A stretch of 64,000 nucleotides of DNA from a virus. The translations under genes were made by a program, and so were the position numbers. Below, piece by piece: positions 49,701 through 60,490 of this stretch (the stretch's first letter is position 1; the number at the start of each line of letters is the position of its first letter). A model generated the notes under the pieces. It was given only the letters and a program-made list of their open reading frames with translations, did not search any database and had not been told where the DNA came from. The stretch lies in IMG/VR virus record IMGVR_UViG_3300031963_009547; one strand, 5' to 3'.

Positions 49701-52700
49701 AAATATTAACTACGGAAGATGTTGTCACTGTAGTACAAGAAAACAGTTATTCTATACCTGAACAAGAAATTGATATTGATAGTGAAATAGAACCTACACC
49801 TACACCATCACCATGTGTTGTTTTAAAATACCAAATTGGTGTTACCACCGATTTAACGTATACGGGTTGTTCAGGAGATGTAATAACACTAACAGGTTTA
49901 GCACCAAACGCGAGTGGAGAAATATGTGCAATAAGAAGTAATGCTTATAATTACTCAACACCTGACCCTACAAATACTATAACACCAACAGGACAAAATT
50001 GTGTTCAAACAACACCTGGACCAACTCCAGGACCAACACCTACACCAACACCTACAGCAACCGAACCACCATTAAATATTCAATTTCCGGATATTGGTTT
50101 TTATTTTGATAACAACTTTCCTGACGGAACAGGAAATAGATACGGTACCACTGTTACTCAAGATTTTGAACATTGGTACGATTTATATATTGCTTCAAAA
50201 AACAATTATTTAAATGATGGAAAACCTGATACCTATAGTGCTGCTTTGAATAAAATATTTTCATACGATGATAGTACTAAAGCAGATAAAACTAGTTTCA
50301 TTTTAGGACTTGATGATAGTAATGCGGCTAAAATAGAATATCTAAGGAATTATGTAGATACAAGAAAAGAGGAAATAGGTATTTTTTTCGATTATATAAC
50401 TAAAGAATTTAATGAAGCCAAAAGTTTCATACCAAAACTAGGTAAAATATTAGATGACGGGGGAACCGTTGAATTTGATTTAGAGGCTAGTGCATCCGCT
50501 GTTACCGACCCTGAATATAATCTAAATTTATCTAAAAGAAGAAATGATGCAGTTTTGAAGTGGATATTAAAACAAAAGTCACCAAATCAAACAACTTTAC
50601 AAAATTATAACCAACAAGGTAAATTGAAAATTAATCAAACGTCCGTTGGGGAAAGTCCCACACTGGAAGACAAACCATATAGATTTGTTGTATGTTCTAA
50701 AGGTTTTAAATCATCGAAACAAGAAGGTGTTGTGTCAATAAACGCAATGGCTTGTCGTAGAACTAAAATTAGTAATATCAAACCTATATATAACCAATCA
50801 CAAAACGAAAACCAATCACAAAATTCAACTGTTCCATTAACTAATGGTGGTGATTCGTCACAAACTGGTCAAGAATTATCAGGTCAAGATTTCTTAGTGA
50901 TTGCACCGAATCCACAACCCGGTGTTGATGGTGGTGTACCACAACCAAATGACACAACTAACCCTTTTGTTACCCAAGACCCAATTTCACAACCTTATAC
51001 AAATACACCAAATACGAGACAACAAGACGTACAAACACAAACACTACAAAAAAGAAAAGATTTAACAAAAAGATTAGCAAGAAAACTTTTAACTGAATGT
51101 AATTATTTTGAATACATCAAACAAAATGAACCAATGGTTTATGATGGTATTAAATCAAAAATAAAATACTTCCAACCTGCATTCCATTCAATAACGCCAG
51201 AAGGACTTAATGCTAGATTAGTGTTCTTACAACAATGTATGAGACCTGGAGACACGATACCTACTGTATCTCAGTCAGATAGCGGTCAACAAACATTATT
51301 ATTTAATGATGCGACGAACAGTGCTTTTGGTGCACCTCCAGTTTGTATTTTAAGAATAGGTGATTTTTTCCATACAAAAATTGTTATTGACCAAATAACT
51401 TTTAAATATGATGATGGTAGATTTGATTTAAATCCTGAAGGTATCGGAGTTCAACCAATGATTGCAACTGTGAATGTATCATTCAATTTTATAGGTGCTC
51501 ATGGTTTGGCAGGTCCTGTCGCTCAATTACAAAATGCATTATCATTTAACTATTATGCTAATACTGAAATGTATGACGAAAGAGCCGAATCAACAGAACA
51601 ACTTAATTTAGAAGTTTATGATGCTCAAATACTTTCACAAGTAAAAGATGACTTAAATGTTGTCAATACGGAAGCACCAAGACCGGTAGTTAATGACGGA
51701 GGAGTTACGATTGGGACAATAATAACTAATACAATTGATTTAAACACATCTATTACTTCAGGTACCATCAAGTATAAAGATGTAATGAGTGGGTTGGCAA
51801 ATTTAACAAAAGAATATACTGAAAAAACACTTTCTACTTTAGAAAAAATAAATGAAAATTATTTGATTGGTGGACTACAGGTGTTCACAAAAGATAGAAA
51901 ATATATAGAAGGTAATTTTAATTATTTAGGTGGAAATATAACAAATACTGCAAACATATTTGGGTACTCTTATGACGTTCAAACTAAAATTGAAAGTATT
52001 GCAACTAAAGCGAAGGAAGATGTTGATAATGGAGACGTTTGTCCACTTCTTTCAGGATTAGCAAATCAAAACTTATCAAACGTTCAAGTGAGAAAAGTTA
52101 AAAAAGAATTAAAAAATCAAATAGATGCTAAAAAAGAACAAATGTTGAATGATTTAGAAAATTATGCAAATGAAATTAATAATATACAATACCCATTAAT
52201 AAGTTCAATTGACAAAATAAATTATGTTTCAGATGCCCATGATGGGTTCATAAAGAAAAATAATTCAGTAGTTATCTATAATCTTTCAGGAACAACACAG
52301 ATAACACAACCAACCCTATCTGGTGTGAACAATACATTACAAGAACTTGTTGAAGATTCTTATTTGGTGAAAAATAACATAAATGATTTTTATCAAAAGT
52401 TACAAGATTTCAGTTTAATACCAACAGGTGAGGATGTATACAGAGACGATTTTACTCAAAATACTTATATATCCAATCAAAACTTTTTACCACAAGAAAC
52501 TGTATTCTTTATTTTATTTGGTAAAGACATAATAGATGATTCTGATAAGTTTGCAATAGATTTGATAGATAAAGCAATACCAAATTTAAATCAAGATGAT
52601 GAAATTGCTTGGTTGAAATTCTTAGATGAAAATCTAAATCAACCGAATACAGGACTTAGAGATTCATACAAAGCTTCTAAAACTGTTGTCGATAAAAAAA

Positions 52701-52894
52701 TTGCAGATTTCAGAACAACGTATTTTAATTCTACATTTACAAATTATAAACCCTATAATTTAGATAAAGAAAGAATAATGTGGTATGAATCCCAAGTAAC
52801 AGCACAAGCACCTTATACTGATAATTTATCTGCAATTTACTCGTCAACAAATGCGACGTGGGACAAATTTAATTTACAAAAAAGTTTTCAATAA
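46757..52894 (+). CDS. giant baseplate protein (tube-initiator gp48/54-like domain, OmpA-like insert, N-terminal 52-aa repeats)
   Basis: IMWFPPYDLSFDE..FLGRTEPIYTY..SFKIIVDHP and PPVCILRIGDFF; ASAS..YNLNLSKRRNDAV..CRRTKI. Confidence 0.65.
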   Translation: MESPLSFNSSENFRKKLLVRNLPPYKVDSAFSNDGKPGSSEFNINDLTPIDSPSVEQIGNQQEQILLPINQYGPQTSTGEYGDIVPININLNYKSNEGEYGYPDTIESDLEIIGNNTEKQIIIKNVYRPENGLSDFGSTAWYINNDKVINTVGEGEYTVQDTIGSNLETTANADRPILITNNQYGPENPSNVEVSINNNLQTNANEGEYGFPDTVDSPLEIKGETDRPALIAINQYGPENLPTTEVSINNNLQTNSNEGEYGFPDTVDSELQIVGEDVRKPNFLQNQWGPEQGQSETEVEPYRKQKNLVIPQGNYDVTDSDGSLLELVGGIKETEAYLSNRYATGDGEYDPTDFKTLQQEALQLPYANSDNTFIFLPSTYTPYSILLNDDPSGSDGSLSQDSDLANIGAKQLNKEFKHRVALELFQQTLGQVNIFNSNVNPDTGEISAQPNTDPFDAIGLLTGNIPIVSRVYNITTPDFLFGQGINFAAKLGGLYSPYSYIPGEYFDYPERIGNGPFENPLSLIGGALGSLFSALQPANQSSSELFVEFTSVPTRKLLYDQLKYNQYRPDYKIGNNLLAPKGVFYLGDRKNHLTELMSPAPELPYAKDGKTSSMGPVLSYSNMGKLYEGEQLNETQFGLNSRNLYSAGANKDGVKWIGAGIFGGVTWIGSKSPKEDNKPLQGKLQGRGGEQFEDNSEFTFGNLVGFDSTKSTNLDFTPGSLLDVTQKLVDAGQRSSQPLEHVGTAINQVSKVFNDGYQELTKGSRVVRYTTQNSKPDSSATPTGLEYCRVFTKDRPYYTYDELQKTDGNIRGYTNSVLDNTYNLNIAPTDGYSIKDGKVKKYMLSLENLAWRTSNKKGFTYDDLPACEKGPNGGRIMWFPPYDLSFDESVSTQWTDNNFLGRTEPIYTYTNTSRKGNVSFKIIVDHPSILNVLVDKELENVGNNGEITQIIDSFFAGCTKYDLWDLVSKFPMFTPNDIFETQILTTEDVVTVVQENSYSIPEQEIDIDSEIEPTPTPSPCVVLKYQIGVTTDLTYTGCSGDVITLTGLAPNASGEICAIRSNAYNYSTPDPTNTITPTGQNCVQTTPGPTPGPTPTPTPTATEPPLNIQFPDIGFYFDNNFPDGTGNRYGTTVTQDFEHWYDLYIASKNNYLNDGKPDTYSAALNKIFSYDDSTKADKTSFILGLDDSNAAKIEYLRNYVDTRKEEIGIFFDYITKEFNEAKSFIPKLGKILDDGGTVEFDLEASASAVTDPEYNLNLSKRRNDAVLKWILKQKSPNQTTLQNYNQQGKLKINQTSVGESPTLEDKPYRFVVCSKGFKSSKQEGVVSINAMACRRTKISNIKPIYNQSQNENQSQNSTVPLTNGGDSSQTGQELSGQDFLVIAPNPQPGVDGGVPQPNDTTNPFVTQDPISQPYTNTPNTRQQDVQTQTLQKRKDLTKRLARKLLTECNYFEYIKQNEPMVYDGIKSKIKYFQPAFHSITPEGLNARLVFLQQCMRPGDTIPTVSQSDSGQQTLLFNDATNSAFGAPPVCILRIGDFFHTKIVIDQITFKYDDGRFDLNPEGIGVQPMIATVNVSFNFIGAHGLAGPVAQLQNALSFNYYANTEMYDERAESTEQLNLEVYDAQILSQVKDDLNVVNTEAPRPVVNDGGVTIGTIITNTIDLNTSITSGTIKYKDVMSGLANLTKEYTEKTLSTLEKINENYLIGGLQVFTKDRKYIEGNFNYLGGNITNTANIFGYSYDVQTKIESIATKAKEDVDNGDVCPLLSGLANQNLSNVQVRKVKKELKNQIDAKKEQMLNDLENYANEINNIQYPLISSIDKINYVSDAHDGFIKKNNSVVIYNLSGTTQITQPTLSGVNNTLQELVEDSYLVKNNINDFYQKLQDFSLIPTGEDVYRDDFTQNTYISNQNFLPQETVFFILFGKDIIDDSDKFAIDLIDKAIPNLNQDDEIAWLKFLDENLNQPNTGLRDSYKASKTVVDKKIADFRTTYFNSTFTNYKPYNLDKERIMWYESQVTAQAPYTDNLSAIYSSTNATWDKFNLQKSFQ
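46965..47810 (+). repeat. degenerate 156-bp (52-aa) tandem coding repeats
   Basis: NQYGPE/NQWGPE units start at 47300, 47456, 47612; NEGEYG(F/Y)PDT recurs; looser copies flank these. Confidence 0.85.
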
Positions 52895-53211
52895 TGGATT
52901 ACTACAATAGATATAAAGATTTTTTGATTAACGGACAACAAACTGTTGTTCCGTTTTTATCTATACCTGGTAGAGTTACAGACCAGCAATATTTGTATAG
53001 ACAAGGAAGAAGTAGGTTAGATAAAATAAGTTTTGAAAAATATGGAACACCATATTTTGGTTGGTTAATATTGGCAGCAAATTCTTTATATGGTGGACTT
53101 GAACAAAACATACCTGATGGTACAATATTAATTATTCCTTTTCCATTAACTGCGGCATTACAAGATTATAAAGCTGCTTTAGATACTCACATATTCTATT
53201 ATGGCCGTTAG
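52894..53211 (+). CDS. baseplate wedge LysM/gp53-like protein
   Basis: SRLDKISFEKYGTPYFGWLILAAN..IPDGTILIIP. Confidence 0.75.
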   Translation: MDYYNRYKDFLINGQQTVVPFLSIPGRVTDQQYLYRQGRSRLDKISFEKYGTPYFGWLILAANSLYGGLEQNIPDGTILIIPFPLTAALQDYKAALDTHIFYYGR

Positions 53212-56200
53212 ATTAAAACAAAATAAAAAAATCTTTATTGAGACCGATTATGATAACATTGTTGTTGTTAACCCAAACGAAGTTTTTTCTCCCGACGGTA
53301 CAAAACAAGAACGCCTTGTTGACCATGAAGATTTAGTTTATTATGCCAATTTAGAAACATTTATAATCCCAAGAACTAAGTTAGCTATTGGTGATAATTT
53401 TGACTCACCGGTTATTAATACAACAAGTATCGCAACAATGTTTGCGGGTGACGACGCGTTGAAAATTAATTTCATGAAACCAAAAGGTAAGACACAATTT
53501 GATACAAGTTGGTCAGACCAATTGACGGGAGAAGGCACAAGAACTTTCAACGGAGCTAATCAATCAAGTGAAAGAGTTGTGAACTTTGAAGGTAGACAAT
53601 CTTTTAAACGTTCCGTTTCCAACCCTGAAGATACACAATTATTAGGTATAAAAGAAATAAGAGTTAATATTAAGGGAACGGGTGTTCCTGAAGTAAATAT
53701 ACAATTAGTCGATATACAAGGAAGGTCTTTATTTGAACAAGGAGAAAATTCATTATATTCTGCATTTTTTAATTTTCCTTATCCATTATTTTATTTGACG
53801 TTGAAAGGTTATTATGGTAAAGCTGTCAAATATAGATTATCATTAATGTCATTCAACGCAAGTTTTGATGCGGACACAGGTAATTATAATATTTCACTCA
53901 AACTAATTGGTAAATTCACTGCACTTCTTTTTGATACGCCTTTATCTTACGCGGTAAACGCACCAAAAATGTATAATACCCAAATTACCGTAACACAAGC
54001 AAGCACAGGTAATAAGAACGTCTTCAATACATATAAGGGTAGACAAAAATTAGAAGAGGTTTACAAAACCTATATGAGAAAAGGTTTAATACCTGACAAC
54101 TTTCCGATGCTCTCGATAGAGGATTTTGTTTTGAGAGTGGAAAACTTTGAATCTAAATTGAAAAAAAATTTAGAAACTCAGGCAGATTTTACTAAGTTAA
54201 ACGATTTGAAGTTGTTTGCGGATACTTTGATTAATTTAAGAAAAAAAGTTTATGATTATTCTATTAATAATTTTCTTGATAGAACAAGTTTTTATGTTGT
54301 CGGTGAAGAAATATATTACCCTTTCAAAAAAGAAGTTGCGTTACAGTCTAGAGAAGATTACAAAACATTTATAGACAAAAATATAATTGATTATACAAAA
54401 CAATTGAAAGACAATGCAACTTTTGGTGAAAAAGGAGAAACAAAAGACCAAATTACTATTTTAACTAAAAATAAAAAAGATGTAATAAAAAAATTAGATT
54501 TTAATGCTTGGCAAAACAATAGGGCCGATGTGTTAAATACATACTTATCAAGGTATAGTAGAAATTTAGAAGCAGAAAATCCTGATGAATATAAAAAATT
54601 TATTGAAAACGAAGCAAGAAATGCTCAACTTACAACACAAGTAAGAGATGAAAAAGGCCAAATCATAAATGACACGCCTGATTATTTTGTTTTTGGGAAC
54701 AAAATTGTTGCTGACGGCATATACGTCAAAAATTCTTATTTAGATAAGATTGACGAAATGCAAAAAAGTTTAGAGGCAAAACAAAAAGTTATTGAGGATA
54801 CGTTAACAAAATATTATGCAAGTTTACAATTAAAAAACCCAAGTGAAGGTGGATTAGGATTTAAACCAACGATTAGAAACATTTTTGCGATAATAATTGC
54901 AGGTGCCGATGCTTTTTATAGATTGATGGAAGATAACCATGAAGAAGCATGGAATGTAAGAACTGATAAGGACAGGTTATTAGCGGTAATACCAGCAGAA
55001 AAAAACTTTTCAGTTGATGCTGTGAAAAGTATACAAAAGTCAAGTACGGAATTAAATGATGATAATGTTGTATATCCTTGGCCTTTATATTTTACATTAG
55101 AAAAACAAGAAAATGGTAGTGATTTATATACAATACAATATCCTGGAGACGCGAAGTACATAAGACAGACAAAGGCTTATGATTATAGAGTTTGGCCCGA
55201 AGTTGGTTTTGTTGAGGCATACATAAAGGCTTCATTAGAAAAAGAAAAACCAACTTCTAATTACTCATATGACAACCCAACAGATGTAACTAAATATGTT
55301 TCTTGTAATGCTTTAGAGTTCCCATTCAAAACAGCACCATATCAAGATTTGAATGCTATTAAAACATTTTATGAAATATTTGAAAGAAGTTATATTAGTT
55401 CTCACTATGGAAACTTACCACTTGATTTATCACAAAAAAAACAGATAGATAAATTTTATGGAGATATTGAAAGTTCTAATATAGGTTTAGTTGCTCCTGA
55501 GGATATTACAATCAATCAAAATTTAAAGAATTTAAAATTCAATTCATTAGACAAATTGATTGATTATATGAAAACAATATCAAACAATGGTAAAGGACAA
55601 AGCTGGCAAACGTACATACGAGATATATTCAACACAGAATATATTAAAAACTTACTACAAAACGTCAATGAAATTTATTCAATCGACACATTATCCGATA
55701 GGTCTGTGAAAGTTTCTGCTGACCTACCATTGGCAACCAATATGAAAGAATTTTTAGAGGATAGTGGGACATCCAAAAAAAATACGTTAGATACGTATCC
55801 ATTTACTGATTTAACATGGTTACAAGAAAATATGGCAAACGGAAGTAATATAGGTGCGTTTGAAGATTATAATAATACCACAAGAAGTTACATTTATTTA
55901 GATGATAAAAAGACTATCGCTAGAATTAATGAAACTGAAAAATACCCTAATTTAAAATTATTCACAAATAACACGGTATTTCAAAGTAACACACAAGCAT
56001 ATTTAACAGAAGTAGGGTCAACTGAAAAAATCAATTCAAGATTATCTCTTAAAAACTTTTTTGAAACAAGACAAGACAAAGATTTATATTTAACTGAATC
56101 ATATATTAACTATGGAACAAGTTATAGTGGAAATATCGGAACTTTTATTCAAACAACATCATTATTAAACACACCATATTTTGTTAATGCTCTCATCGAT

Positions 56201-59200
56201 GGGGTGACAAAACAAAAAAATAATCAAGAAAACCCATTTGTAGGTTTAGGTTATTTGTATTTGAACTCATTACCACTGATAACAACCAAAGAAAAAATAA
56301 AAGACATAACAGATAATGTATTAACGGATTTAGATTATTTAGCTGCAACATTTAATAAATTTTCAGCAATACATCAAGTACCTTATGCTTGGGTATTAAA
56401 GTACGGTTCAATATGGCATAGATATAAAAAATACATAGAAGATAATGTAGATATATTAGACGATTGTTGGAAAAATTTTGATTTTAATGTTGCTTATGCG
56501 CCAACAACAGGTGATAGTACAACCACATACACAATATTAGACTATAGTGGTAATCCTCAAAATATCACACTACAAGGTGCTCAATTTTATCAAAATCCAC
56601 AAAACTCATTCATATTAAGAAATACGTTCGATGTTGGGTTTTACCCTAAAGTTGTAAATTCATTAGAATATTATTTGAATGAAGAAGATTTATTAACGGG
56701 TTATACAACAAGTGATTTTGCGGATGTATATAATAAAGGTTTGAAAATTGGTTTCAATAGTGAGTCTACCACAATGTATGGTACAGGATTTGACCCAAAT
56801 AATGGATTCAGAGAGTTCTTAAAGAAAAACTATTTTACATATAGATTAATTGAAAACACTGCGGTTCAGTCGCAACCAGACACAATAAGACTATACCCAT
56901 CAATGGGAGGTATACCATTCGACCAATCAATTTTTGAATGTTTCAATCAAACGAATAAAATTACCGAAGAAATATATAACAACTCCTCAGTTTTCAACGG
57001 TACTGTTAGGTCATTATGGGGTATTTCTAATTTTGGATATTATAACAACGATTTAATTAAAAAACCATTACCGACCGAATATCTTAAAGTTATTAAAAAT
57101 AATGCACCACTTCAAAACGATTTTAATATTGTTAGTAATGATTTAACTTACTCAAAAATAGACGAAATATTCAATTTGTTTGATGTTGATTTATTGGATA
57201 AAATGGAAGAAAAGTTTTTAACTTTCTGTAATTTTAAACCATTGGCGAGTGAATTAAAATTGAATGAGGAAAATATTACACCTAATTATATAGACACTAA
57301 CGGTTTAACAAATTCAGACGTTAAATTATTACGATATCAGATTAAAAACATTTTTGATTTTGATAGTAGTTTATTTAATAGTGTGAATCAAAACGAAGAT
57401 GGAATAGAATTAGGAAAATTACAAATTTCAAATTTATATACATCATTAAATAAATTTTTAAATTTTGATTGCGTATTAAAAATTGCAAACCCAACAAACT
57501 TTGATAGAAAATTATTTGATTCATTTAGTACTATTTCAAACTTACAAGTACAAGACAAGTATAAATTTGAACCTTATGTGAAAGGTACGTTACCCGGTGA
57601 CGGAACAGCAACTACTTTATTACAAAGTATAACTCAAAACCCTTCTGCTTGGGATGCGTTCAGAAAATATTTAGGATATACTACAATACCTGGGTTAGAG
57701 TTTCAAACACAAGTACAACCGGTGTTACCATCCGTACCTATCGCACAAAATAATCCACCTACACCATATACACCACCCGTTGCGGGACAAAATTATAGAA
57801 CGTTCCAAGATTTATGTAGTGGTACGTATTTTAATATAATTGACCCAAATGATAACACAAGCACAACATCATTTAATTACTATAATAATGACGTATGGTT
57901 CTTAGAGGTTGTTGATAACACATCACAAACAAAAAAATTCTGTGCAAGAAAGGTACCTGATAGTGCGACAACAACCACATATAATTTGGAGAATGATGAC
58001 AATTACCCACAGACAAATGCGGTAGGAACAACACCGGCAAGTTACTGTATGTCATTTTATCAAACACAATTAAATTGCCAACAATCACCTTTACTAGACC
58101 CAATACAATTACAATTTATTGGAGATTCGGCAACAATATTACCTGACGTACCTGGTGATGGTGATTATATTAACATTGAAAAAACAGACGGTACATATCA
58201 GGTGTTTAGAATTATAGGTGACCCTAATTTTGATGCTAACAAGATTGAAAATATAAGATTTTATCCACCGGGAACCGACCCAATAAACCCACCAATCGGT
58301 ACTAGTATATATCGTGAAGGGTTTGGGGGTGTTGACACAAACTACGCGAGAGTATTTAGAGTTGATAATAATGTAGGTGGTAATTATGTTATGACGGTAG
58401 AATACACCCCTAATTCCCCAAATGAAATTATATTATCTGCGAATGTTTCAACCCTACCTGGTTTACAAAACACAATACCACAACAAACAACAGTACCCCA
58501 ACAGGCACAACCATTACAAAATACACAAAAATCTTTCTTAACTGATTTCTTCATTGATAATTCAATTGCATTTAATGAACAAAATATTATTACTTTATAT
58601 CCATTAGTAAGACTTTATGGTGAACAAAAAAGACTTGACCCTACTTATGACAAAACTAAATTCACGACATATATAAATAATTTTTTAGAGGATAGAAGAA
58701 GTTTACAGGACAAAATGGTTACAGAAACTTTTTCCAACCTAAATAAAATTTTAAATAATATTGATGTAACGGTTGATTTACCTACTACTGCGCTTAACGG
58801 TGACACTACAAAATTAGCTTTATATAATACATTGAAAGGATTTAACGATAAATGGATTGCTGGCTCTGATTTAAAAAACAATACTTTGTTTGAGGACTTT
58901 TTATTTATGGATAGGGCAAATAGTGATTTAGGTAATTCATTTGTATTAGACGTACAAAAAGTTGTAAATGCGTTAGACCTTAAGTCAAAACAAGACCAAA
59001 GTTTAATGAGTGTAATAAGTAGAATTTTGGAAGAAAATTATTTTATTTTTATGGCAATGCCTGCTTATATTAATTTTTATGGTATACAAAGAGCGGTAAA
59101 AGATGGTCAACCATTGAAAGATGTTGAAATTGGTAATTCATTATTTGGTACGTATTTAGAAGTTGACTATACAAACTCAAGTCCCAAATTTTTGTGTTTA

Positions 59201-60490
59201 TATGTTGGAAACCCTTCAGAATACCCTAAACCAAAAGAGAACACTTTCAATCGTTTTGGTGATGATAGTTTTGACTTGAGAATGTCGGATAACCCACTTA
59301 GAGTTTCGGACCCAAAAACAAACTATTCGTTGAGTAATCGTGTTGTTGGATTTGCGGTTGATTTTGGTATAAGAAATCAAAACATATTCAAAAGCTTGAG
59401 TCTAGATATGTCAGAAATGAAAAACACATCAGAGTCATTCAAAGTTTATGCTGACATGGGTAGTTCTGTTGCTGGTGATAAAGTGGCACAACAATCCGCA
59501 TCGCTTTATAGTATATATAAATCTAGGTCATATAGTTGTGGTGTAAGTAGTATGGGAAATGTCATGATACAACCTACAATGTATTTTGTACTAAGACACG
59601 TCCCTATGTTTTATGGTCCATATTGGATAACTGAAGTGAACCATAATATTAATACTGGCGGATTTAATACCGAATTTAAAGGTACTCGCATACCAAAATA
59701 TGCATTACCAAAAGTGGATAATTTATTGGCGTCTGTAAATCAAATAGTAATAACTAAGATTAAAGAGTTGGCAGCAAAGGATAAAGAAAAACCAACAACT
59801 GAAAATGAACCAGTCACACAAAATCCAGTACCTGTTAATTTAGCTAGCCCTGAAAATAATTGTGAAACAATTACACAATATCCTTCAGTACCATTTGAAA
59901 CACTTGTACAGAGCACGTTCACAGATACAGATATCATACCTGTAATAAAACAAGAAACAAGTGACACATCTTTACGAGCTTTAATTTATGGATTGACTAA
60001 AGGAGTTGTTCCAGGAACCACAATGAATAACGGTATTACAAATTGCATCAATAACAACCCATTCGGAATTAATACAATAATAAATTATAAAGGTAATCTT
60101 CCTAGTTTGATTTTAAAACAATCTTGTATAAATATTGCAAATACACCAACCCCTTTAGTTAAGTTTAATAATTTAACAGAGTCTATAAAGTTCATGATTT
60201 CATACATGACTCAGGTTATAAATTTAGTACCACAGTTAAAAACATTAAATCCTGACGCCGACGAAAACAAACAATATGGAAAGGCTTTATTTCAGTTAGT
60301 ATATGCTTCTTGGTTAACTCAAAAAGCATTTGGTAACCCAACTGCGGTACCACCACAACCCCCATTAAACGCTCAACAGATAAAAGATACTACTATACAA
60401 GATTTTACAAATCAAAATAAATTAGACACATATAACAATTGGGTTGAAGAATTTGCCCGAAGTTATAAGTATTTTAAACAAAACCCATAG
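53201..60490 (+). CDS. giant baseplate hub-like structural protein (2429 aa)
   Basis: LLGIKEIRV..DIQGRSLFE..FYLTLKGYYG N-terminus; MGNVMIQPTMYF..GPYWITEVNHNI..FNTEFKGTR is a gp27/VgrG-like hub motif. Confidence 0.62.
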   Translation: MAVRLKQNKKIFIETDYDNIVVVNPNEVFSPDGTKQERLVDHEDLVYYANLETFIIPRTKLAIGDNFDSPVINTTSIATMFAGDDALKINFMKPKGKTQFDTSWSDQLTGEGTRTFNGANQSSERVVNFEGRQSFKRSVSNPEDTQLLGIKEIRVNIKGTGVPEVNIQLVDIQGRSLFEQGENSLYSAFFNFPYPLFYLTLKGYYGKAVKYRLSLMSFNASFDADTGNYNISLKLIGKFTALLFDTPLSYAVNAPKMYNTQITVTQASTGNKNVFNTYKGRQKLEEVYKTYMRKGLIPDNFPMLSIEDFVLRVENFESKLKKNLETQADFTKLNDLKLFADTLINLRKKVYDYSINNFLDRTSFYVVGEEIYYPFKKEVALQSREDYKTFIDKNIIDYTKQLKDNATFGEKGETKDQITILTKNKKDVIKKLDFNAWQNNRADVLNTYLSRYSRNLEAENPDEYKKFIENEARNAQLTTQVRDEKGQIINDTPDYFVFGNKIVADGIYVKNSYLDKIDEMQKSLEAKQKVIEDTLTKYYASLQLKNPSEGGLGFKPTIRNIFAIIIAGADAFYRLMEDNHEEAWNVRTDKDRLLAVIPAEKNFSVDAVKSIQKSSTELNDDNVVYPWPLYFTLEKQENGSDLYTIQYPGDAKYIRQTKAYDYRVWPEVGFVEAYIKASLEKEKPTSNYSYDNPTDVTKYVSCNALEFPFKTAPYQDLNAIKTFYEIFERSYISSHYGNLPLDLSQKKQIDKFYGDIESSNIGLVAPEDITINQNLKNLKFNSLDKLIDYMKTISNNGKGQSWQTYIRDIFNTEYIKNLLQNVNEIYSIDTLSDRSVKVSADLPLATNMKEFLEDSGTSKKNTLDTYPFTDLTWLQENMANGSNIGAFEDYNNTTRSYIYLDDKKTIARINETEKYPNLKLFTNNTVFQSNTQAYLTEVGSTEKINSRLSLKNFFETRQDKDLYLTESYINYGTSYSGNIGTFIQTTSLLNTPYFVNALIDGVTKQKNNQENPFVGLGYLYLNSLPLITTKEKIKDITDNVLTDLDYLAATFNKFSAIHQVPYAWVLKYGSIWHRYKKYIEDNVDILDDCWKNFDFNVAYAPTTGDSTTTYTILDYSGNPQNITLQGAQFYQNPQNSFILRNTFDVGFYPKVVNSLEYYLNEEDLLTGYTTSDFADVYNKGLKIGFNSESTTMYGTGFDPNNGFREFLKKNYFTYRLIENTAVQSQPDTIRLYPSMGGIPFDQSIFECFNQTNKITEEIYNNSSVFNGTVRSLWGISNFGYYNNDLIKKPLPTEYLKVIKNNAPLQNDFNIVSNDLTYSKIDEIFNLFDVDLLDKMEEKFLTFCNFKPLASELKLNEENITPNYIDTNGLTNSDVKLLRYQIKNIFDFDSSLFNSVNQNEDGIELGKLQISNLYTSLNKFLNFDCVLKIANPTNFDRKLFDSFSTISNLQVQDKYKFEPYVKGTLPGDGTATTLLQSITQNPSAWDAFRKYLGYTTIPGLEFQTQVQPVLPSVPIAQNNPPTPYTPPVAGQNYRTFQDLCSGTYFNIIDPNDNTSTTSFNYYNNDVWFLEVVDNTSQTKKFCARKVPDSATTTTYNLENDDNYPQTNAVGTTPASYCMSFYQTQLNCQQSPLLDPIQLQFIGDSATILPDVPGDGDYINIEKTDGTYQVFRIIGDPNFDANKIENIRFYPPGTDPINPPIGTSIYREGFGGVDTNYARVFRVDNNVGGNYVMTVEYTPNSPNEIILSANVSTLPGLQNTIPQQTTVPQQAQPLQNTQKSFLTDFFIDNSIAFNEQNIITLYPLVRLYGEQKRLDPTYDKTKFTTYINNFLEDRRSLQDKMVTETFSNLNKILNNIDVTVDLPTTALNGDTTKLALYNTLKGFNDKWIAGSDLKNNTLFEDFLFMDRANSDLGNSFVLDVQKVVNALDLKSKQDQSLMSVISRILEENYFIFMAMPAYINFYGIQRAVKDGQPLKDVEIGNSLFGTYLEVDYTNSSPKFLCLYVGNPSEYPKPKENTFNRFGDDSFDLRMSDNPLRVSDPKTNYSLSNRVVGFAVDFGIRNQNIFKSLSLDMSEMKNTSESFKVYADMGSSVAGDKVAQQSASLYSIYKSRSYSCGVSSMGNVMIQPTMYFVLRHVPMFYGPYWITEVNHNINTGGFNTEFKGTRIPKYALPKVDNLLASVNQIVITKIKELAAKDKEKPTTENEPVTQNPVPVNLASPENNCETITQYPSVPFETLVQSTFTDTDIIPVIKQETSDTSLRALIYGLTKGVVPGTTMNNGITNCINNNPFGINTIINYKGNLPSLILKQSCINIANTPTPLVKFNNLTESIKFMISYMTQVINLVPQLKTLNPDADENKQYGKALFQLVYASWLTQKAFGNPTAVPPQPPLNAQQIKDTTIQDFTNQNKLDTYNNWVEEFARSYKYFKQNP

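Noticed and set aside
39032-60490. Bacterial extracellular contractile injection system or tailocin
   Set aside because: Neck proteins, PolB, gp32-like SSB, UvsX and RNase H-like genes indicate a replicating phage
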